From Chloroflexota bacterium (GTDB lineage: Bacteria > Chloroflexota > Limnocylindria > Limnocylindrales > CSP1-4): a stretch of DNA of 64,000 nucleotides. The position numbers and the translations under genes were made by a program. This document shows positions 59,330-64,000 of this stretch, one piece after another; within the stretch, counting starts at the first letter, position 1, and each line of letters begins with the position of its first letter. The stretch covers positions 31,245 to 95,244 of the forward strand of contig JBFMEV010000001.1 of the NCBI GenBank assembly GCA_040752335.1. The letters run 5' to 3'. The notes below the pieces were generated by a model. The model had not been told where the DNA came from, searched no databases, and was given only the letters and a program-made list of their open reading frames with translations.

Positions 59330-60448
59330 TCAGTCGTTGTAGAGACGCTCCTCGATGAGCTTCTCCTGGACGGTCCGGCCGTTGGGGTCGAAGCACGAAT
59401 ACTCGAAATGCTTCTCGAACTCGAGGTCGACGTTGTTCTGGCCGCCGCGGTTCTTCTCGATCGACAGGATGACCCAGTCGCGGAAGCGCTGTGCCTGGTA
59501 CGGGTTGAACTCGATGTTGACCTTGGCGACGATGTGGTACTTCTCGTTGAGGATGACGATGATGTCGGCCTCGTAGTTGATCGCCGACGAGCCGCGCAGG
59601 TGGAAGTTCCGGAGGCGCGCAGCCTTCAGGCCCTCCTTGTCGGCGGCGACGATGGCGATCAGCGGCACCTCCTCGGACAGGGCGATGTCCTTGAGGCCGT
59701 TGACCACGAACGTGACCTTCTCCGATTCCGTATCCGGCTCTGGGATCTGCGGCACCTTCTGGAGATAGTCCACGATCACCACGAGGCGCCGGTCGCCGGC
59801 CAGCTGGCGGTATTTTTGGACGAGCTTGCGGATGTTGTCGATCGTGCTCGCCGTGGCCGATCCACGAAGCAGGAACAGGTTCTGCCCGTAGCGGGCGATC
59901 CGGTCGAGCGACGGCCGGAGGCGGGGGTTGTTGGCCAGATTCGGTGCCTCGGCCCCGGCCGACGACCACGTCCCGAGAATCTCCTTGCGGACGTCCTGGA
60001 TCTTGATCGCGCCGGTCTTCTGGGGCAGGTGGGCGAGCGCCGACTCGAGGGCGATGAGCCGGTTCAGGAGATACGCCTCATCATGCTCGAAGCACAGGTA
60101 CAGGACGCTGGCCTGGCCCGACGCGGCGACGTTCCGGGCCATCTGGAGCGCGATGGTCGTCTTGCCCGTGCCCTGGGCCCCGCCGATGAGCAGCAGCTCA
60201 CCCGGCCGCAGGCCGGCGCCGATCGTCTTGTCCAGCGGGGTGAAGCCGAGCGGTACCGGCTGGTACTCGCCGAGCTGGCCGCTGACGACCTTGTCGTTCA
60301 GGTCCACGAGGACGTCGAGGGCCGACCGCGGAGCCATGCTCCCGGTGTCGCTCTCCAACCGCCACGCGCGGGCCCCCGCTTCGGCGGGCGCGTTCGCCTC
60401 TGTCGTCACGAGTGCATGGTCCTCCCCGAATGGATCCAATCGCGGCAT
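59330..60448 (-). CDS. DnaB C-terminal-domain-like RecA-fold ATPase (no DnaB N-terminal domain)
   Basis: The sequence contains PLGFTPLDKTIGAGLRPGELLLIGGAQGTGKTTIALQMARNVA (Walker A), LYLCFEHDEAYLLNRL, LVVIVDYLQKV (Walker B region), VPLIAIVAADKEG and LRGSSAINYEADIIVIL. Only about 60 aa precede the ATPase domain. Confidence 0.85.
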   Translation of the reverse strand: MPRLDPFGEDHALVTTEANAPAEAGARAWRLESDTGSMAPRSALDVLVDLNDKVVSGQLGEYQPVPLGFTPLDKTIGAGLRPGELLLIGGAQGTGKTTIALQMARNVAASGQASVLYLCFEHDEAYLLNRLIALESALAHLPQKTGAIKIQDVRKEILGTWSSAGAEAPNLANNPRLRPSLDRIARYGQNLFLLRGSATASTIDNIRKLVQKYRQLAGDRRLVVIVDYLQKVPQIPEPDTESEKVTFVVNGLKDIALSEEVPLIAIVAADKEGLKAARLRNFHLRGSSAINYEADIIVILNEKYHIVAKVNIEFNPYQAQRFRDWVILSIEKNRGGQNNVDLEFEKHFEYSCFDPNGRTVQEKLIEERLYND

Positions 60449-60509
60449 CGTAGCACCGCGCTTCCGGGTGCCACCCGTCCCGAGGGCCAGTCGACGGCAG
60501 CCAAAGGTA

Positions 60510-60568
60510 CCGGCGCGGGCCGGCCCGGGCCGGCGTGTGCCGGCGTTGGCCGGCGCGGGCCGGCCCGG
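60510..60568. repeat. 19-bp perfect direct repeat (2 copies, 40-nt period) built around GC palindromes
   Basis: The unit ccggcgcgggccggcccgg occurs at 60510-60528 and 60550-60568. A 16-bp perfect palindrome, gccggcccgggccggc, lies at 60519-60534. The repeat lies between the dipeptidase stop and the start of the DnaB-like gene. Confidence 0.85.
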
Positions 60569-60572
60569 AGCG

Positions 60573-61961
60573 TTACGCCAGGCCGTCGTGGCCGAGGCTG
60601 TCCCACAGCAGGCAGATCGTCCGGATGCCCGTCTCGTAGTTCGCCAGGACCATCGACTCGTTCGGGGCGTGGGCGTTGTCGTCGGGGTTTGTGAAACCCA
60701 TCAGGACGACCGGCAGGCCGAGCTGCCCCTCGAACATTTCGACGACCGGGATCGAGCCGCCGCTACGCATGAAGACCGGCTCCCGCCCGAAGGTGACCCG
60801 CAACGCCTCGATCGCCGCCCGGACGACCGGATGGTCCACAGGGGTGGCGCTCGGCCGGCCGGAGCCGAGGCGCGTCACCTCCACCCGGACGCCCGGCGGG
60901 GCGACGCGGAGGACGAAGGCCCGGAATCGCTCGAAGAGCGCCAACGGGTCCTGCCGGGCGACGAGCCGCATGCTGACCTTGGCATGGGCATGGGCCGGGA
61001 TGATGGTCTTCTGGCCGTCGCCCTGGAAGCCGCCCCATATCCCGTTGACGTCCAGCGTCGGGCGGGCGCCCTCGCGCTCCAGGACCGTGTAGCCGGTCTC
61101 GCCGGCCAGGGCCGGCACGTCGACCCGCGCGAGGTAGGCGCCCTCGTCGAAGGGCAGCGCGGCGAGCCGGGCCCGGACGGCCGCGTCGACCGGGACCACG
61201 TCGTCATAGAAGCCCGGCACCTGGACCACGCCGTCGCGGTCCTTCAGCTCGGCGATGATCCGGGCGAGGGCGTTGGCCGGGTTCTCGACGTTGCCGCCGT
61301 AGGTCCCCGAGTGGAGGTCGGCGGGGGCCCCGGTGACGTCGATCTGGGTGTAGAGGATGCCCCGGAGCGATTCGGTCAGGGCCGGGATGTTGCCCTCGAA
61401 GAAGCCCGTGTCGCTGACGACGACGACGTCGGCGGCGAGGCGGTCCCGGTTGGCCGCGAGCCAGCCCGGCATGCTCGCCGACGTCGATTCCTCCTCACCC
61501 TCGAAGACGATCCGGAGGTTGAGCGGCAACCGGCCGCGGACCGCGAACAGGGCCTCGGCGGCCTGAAGATGCATGTGGAGCTGGCCCTTGTCGTCGGCCG
61601 CACCGCGGCCAATGACCCGCCCGTCCCGCACGAACGGCTCGAACGGGGCCGTGGTCCACAGCTCGATGGGATCGACCGGCTGGACGTCGTAATGGCAGTA
61701 GACGAGGACCGTCGGGGCACCCTCGGCGTGGAGCCAGTCGGCGTAGACGATCGGGTGCCCGGGCGTGTCGCAGGCCTCGGCGTGGTCGAAGCCGATCCGG
61801 GCCAGCTCGGCGGCGATCCACTCGGCCGCACGGCGCACCTCGCCGGCGTGCTCGGGCAGGGCCGAGATGCTCGGGATCCGGAGGAGCTCGAGGTACGACG
61901 CGAGGCGAGCCTCGCGGGTCGCCTCGAGGTGGGCTTCGACGGCCGGGTCGAGCGTCGTCAT
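60573..61961 (-). CDS. M20-family dipeptidase / peptidase
   Basis: The sequence contains LVYCHYDVQP, GRGAADDKGQ, FEGEEESTS and HAPNE. A GGAGG lies 5 nt upstream of ATG 61961. Confidence 0.9.
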   Translation of the reverse strand: MTTLDPAVEAHLEATREARLASYLELLRIPSISALPEHAGEVRRAAEWIAAELARIGFDHAEACDTPGHPIVYADWLHAEGAPTVLVYCHYDVQPVDPIELWTTAPFEPFVRDGRVIGRGAADDKGQLHMHLQAAEALFAVRGRLPLNLRIVFEGEEESTSASMPGWLAANRDRLAADVVVVSDTGFFEGNIPALTESLRGILYTQIDVTGAPADLHSGTYGGNVENPANALARIIAELKDRDGVVQVPGFYDDVVPVDAAVRARLAALPFDEGAYLARVDVPALAGETGYTVLEREGARPTLDVNGIWGGFQGDGQKTIIPAHAHAKVSMRLVARQDPLALFERFRAFVLRVAPPGVRVEVTRLGSGRPSATPVDHPVVRAAIEALRVTFGREPVFMRSGGSIPVVEMFEGQLGLPVVLMGFTNPDDNAHAPNESMVLANYETGIRTICLLWDSLGHDGLA

Positions 61962-61977
61962 CGGGCCTCCACGTGGT

Positions 61978-62009
61978 TCGGCCGGCGGTCCGAGGGGACC
62001 GCCGGCCGA
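61978..62009 (-). terminator. perfect 14-bp GC hairpin between the ftsH stop and the dipeptidase SD
   Basis: The stem is tcggccggcggtcc (61978-61991) paired with ggaccgccggccga (61996-62009), with loop gagg. There is no clear U-tract, so it may act as a terminator, attenuator or RNA-stability element. Confidence 0.45.
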
Positions 62010-62031
62010 GGGTGTTCGACGGGCTGAGCGT

Positions 62032-63987
62032 TCAGGCCGGGTTGGGAGCCGGCGCCGAGGACGGCGGGGCTTCCGGTTTGGGCGTGGCGTCGGCCGGCGC
62101 CGTCGGGGTCGCGGGCGGCTCGTGCCGGCGCGGCCCGAGGCCATGGAGGTTCTCCTTGGGCGGCAGGCCCTCGAAGAGCGACTCGAAGCTTTCGCCGTCG
62201 ACCGTCTCCTCGGCGATCAGCTTCTGGGCGAGCGCCTCGAGCCGGTCGCGGTGGGTCTCGAGGACGTGGGTCGCCCGCTCGTAGGCCCGGTCGATGATCG
62301 CCCGGACCTCCTCATCGATCTGCTTCGCGATCTCGTCCGAGTAGTTGCGCTGCTCGCCGATCTCGCGACCCAGGAAGACGAGCTCGTCGCGCTTGCCGAA
62401 GGACAGCGGTCCGAGGCGGTCACTCATGCCGAACTCGGTCACCATCCGGCGAGCCAGGGTCGTCGCCTTCTCGATGTCGTTGGACGAACCGGTCGTCGTG
62501 TCGCCGAAGATCATCCGTTCCGAGGCGTTGCCGCCGAGCAGGCCGGCCAGCTTGTCCTCGAACTCGCTCTTCGACTGGAGATAGCGATCCTCGGTCGGCA
62601 GGGCCATCGTGTAGCCGAGGGCCATGCCCCGGCTCACGATCGTGACCTTGTTGACCGGGTCGCACTTGGGCAGGACCCGCTGGACGACGGCGTGGCCGCC
62701 CTCGTGGTAGGCGATGATCAGCTTCTCGGCGTCCGAGATGATCCGCGACTTGCGCTCGGGACCCGCCACGATCCGCTCGAGGGCCTCCTCGAACTCGGAC
62801 ATCCCGATCGTCTTGCGGTTGCGCCGCGCGGCGAGGATCGCGCCCTCGTTGACGAGGTTGGCGAGGTCCGCCCCGGAGAAGCCCGGCGACTGACGGGACA
62901 GGTCCTCGATCGAGACGTTCTTGTCGAGGGGCTTGCCCTTGATGTGGACGCGCAGGATCGCGACCCGGCCCTTCATGTCCGGCCGGTCCAGGATGACCTG
63001 GCGATCGAAGCGGCCCGGCCGGAGGAGCGCCGGATCGAGGACGTCGGGACGGTTCGTGGCGGCGACGACGATGACGTTGGTGTTGGTGTCGAAGCCGTCC
63101 ATCTCGACGAGGATCTGGTTGAGCGTCTGCTCCCGCTCGTCGTGGCTGCCGCCAAGGCCGGCGCCGCGCTGGCGGCCGACCGCGTCGATCTCGTCGACGA
63201 AGACGATGCAGGGGCTGTTGCGCTTGGCCTGGTCGAACAGGTCGCGGACGCGGCTGGCGCCGACGCCGACGAACATCTCGACGAACTCCGAGCCGGAGAT
63301 GCTGAAGAACGGCACGCCGGCCTCGCCGGCCACGGCTCTGGCCATGAGGGTCTTGCCGGTGCCCGGGGGGCCCACGAGCAGGACACCGCGCGGGATCCGG
63401 GCCCCGAGGGTATTGAACTTCTCGGGGTACTTCAGGAACTCGACGACTTCCTGGAGCTCGGTCTTGGCCTCGTCGACGCCGGCCACGTCGGCGAAGGTAA
63501 CGACCGTCTTGTTGCCGAGGAACATCCGGGCCCGGCTCTTGCCGAAGCTGAGGGCCTGGTTGTTCGTGCCCTGGGCCTGGCGCATCATGAAGTAGATGAA
63601 TCCGCCGATCACCAGGAGCGGCAGGACGGCCGTCAGGAGCAGCCCGACCCAGGAGTTGTCGGGTGCCGGCTGGGTGTCGTAGATCGAGGGATCGAACGTC
63701 CCGCCATCGGCCTCGGCCGCGGTCCGCATGTCGCCGAGGACGTCGGTGAGCGTCGGCAGCGGCGGGATGTTGACGGTGTAGGTCTTGTCGTCGGTGCTCG
63801 TGACCGTGAGGACGTCACCCTTCTGGACGACCTTATCGACCTTGTCCTGGGTGACGTTCGTCAGGAACTGGCCGTAGCCCACGGTCTGGGCACCGGTCGA
63901 CTGGTTGAGCCATGTATAGAGCAGCGCCGCGACGCCGATGGCGAGGACGAACATCAGCAGGGCGTTGCGCATGAGCCTGGGATTCAA
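62032..63987 (-). CDS. ftsH: ATP-dependent zinc metalloprotease FtsH
   Basis: The sequence contains [33 protein letters not shown], an SRH motif ([20 protein letters not shown]) and the Zn site [13 protein letters not shown] start at 63987 is preceded by GGAGG, and ATG 63972 is an alternative. Confidence 0.97.
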   Translation of the reverse strand: MNPRLMRNALLMFVLAIGVAALLYTWLNQSTGAQTVGYGQFLTNVTQDKVDKVVQKGDVLTVTSTDDKTYTVNIPPLPTLTDVLGDMRTAAEADGGTFDPSIYDTQPAPDNSWVGLLLTAVLPLLVIGGFIYFMMRQAQGTNNQALSFGKSRARMFLGNKTVVTFADVAGVDEAKTELQEVVEFLKYPEKFNTLGARIPRGVLLVGPPGTGKTLMARAVAGEAGVPFFSISGSEFVEMFVGVGASRVRDLFDQAKRNSPCIVFVDEIDAVGRQRGAGLGGSHDEREQTLNQILVEMDGFDTNTNVIVVAATNRPDVLDPALLRPGRFDRQVILDRPDMKGRVAILRVHIKGKPLDKNVSIEDLSRQSPGFSGADLANLVNEGAILAARRNRKTIGMSEFEEALERIVAGPERKSRIISDAEKLIIAYHEGGHAVVQRVLPKCDPVNKVTIVSRGMALGYTMALPTEDRYLQSKSEFEDKLAGLLGGNASERMIFGDTTTGSSNDIEKATTLARRMVTEFGMSDRLGPLSFGKRDELVFLGREIGEQRNYSDEIAKQIDEEVRAIIDRAYERATHVLETHRDRLEALAQKLIAEETVDGESFESLFEGLPPKENLHGLGPRRHEPPATPTAPADATPKPEAPPSSAPAPNPA

Positions 63988-64000
63988 GAAATGCCTCCGG

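Noticed and set aside
58891-59358. This is a 155-aa plus-strand ORF filling the ppa/DnaB-like spacer.
   Set aside because: Only the first 60 or so codons look coding-like. The remainder is Arg-rich and runs into the DnaB-like gene, and there is no SD or -10 element. I treat it as a possible pseudogene remnant inside the structured spacer rather than a gene.
59330-60448. This gene could be called the replicative helicase dnaB.
   Set aside because: At 372 aa it lacks the DnaB N-terminal helical domain and linker. I therefore call it only a DnaB_C-like ATPase.
60510-60568. These are regularly spaced 19-bp repeats, which could be mistaken for a mini CRISPR array.
   Set aside because: There are only two copies and a 21-nt spacer that is itself repeat-like. 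No cas genes are present, and the sequence is a GC palindrome typical of terminator or REP-like elements.

Overview
This is a high-GC (about 70%) bacterial chromosomal segment. Gene content and synteny look Terrabacteria-like (Actinomycetota or Chloroflexota type), but the taxon cannot be proven from sequence alone.

I call about 58 protein-coding genes, 53 of them on the minus strand. They are packed very tightly, with 15 four-nt ATGA/GTGA stop-start overlaps.

Most genes are housekeeping: dxs (partial), xseA/xseB, efp, an M24 aminopeptidase, mltG, ruvX, alaS, mnmA plus a cysteine desulfurase, typA, aspS, hisS, relA/spoT, murE, murJ, xerC/D, topA, dprA, comM, a stomatin/NfeD pair, tyrA, thpR, ppa, an M20 dipeptidase and ftsH. 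I saw no rRNA, tRNA, CRISPR array, transposase, integrase-with-att element, reverse transcriptase or phage genes.

Accessory content appears as small insertions inside otherwise conserved gene pairs:
- A lower-GC islet lies between xseB and dxs.
- A SHOCT-like peptide plus a cupin-nucleotidyl cyclase lies between the aminopeptidase and efp.
- A 6-TM protein, an FtsA/PilM-like actin ATPase and a 578-aa bitopic protein lie between alaS and ruvX.
- vapBC plus a Cys-less DsrE-like gene lies between hisS and aspS.

Other notable content:
- A murE, three Fem-fold transferases and murJ operon fused to xerC and topA.
- An orphan receiver-TadZ/CpaE-like ATPase.
- A DnaB-C-terminal-domain-only ATPase next to a 467-nt structured non-coding gap.
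- A recurrent TAnnnT hexamer 6-10 nt upstream of at least 12 start codons, which suggests leaderless mRNAs.

The candidate I consider most worth follow-up as an undescribed module is the actin-like ATPase plus bitopic membrane protein cassette at 10916-14503. Nothing here is a proven novel system. All functional calls rest on motif recognition by eye, without database searches.
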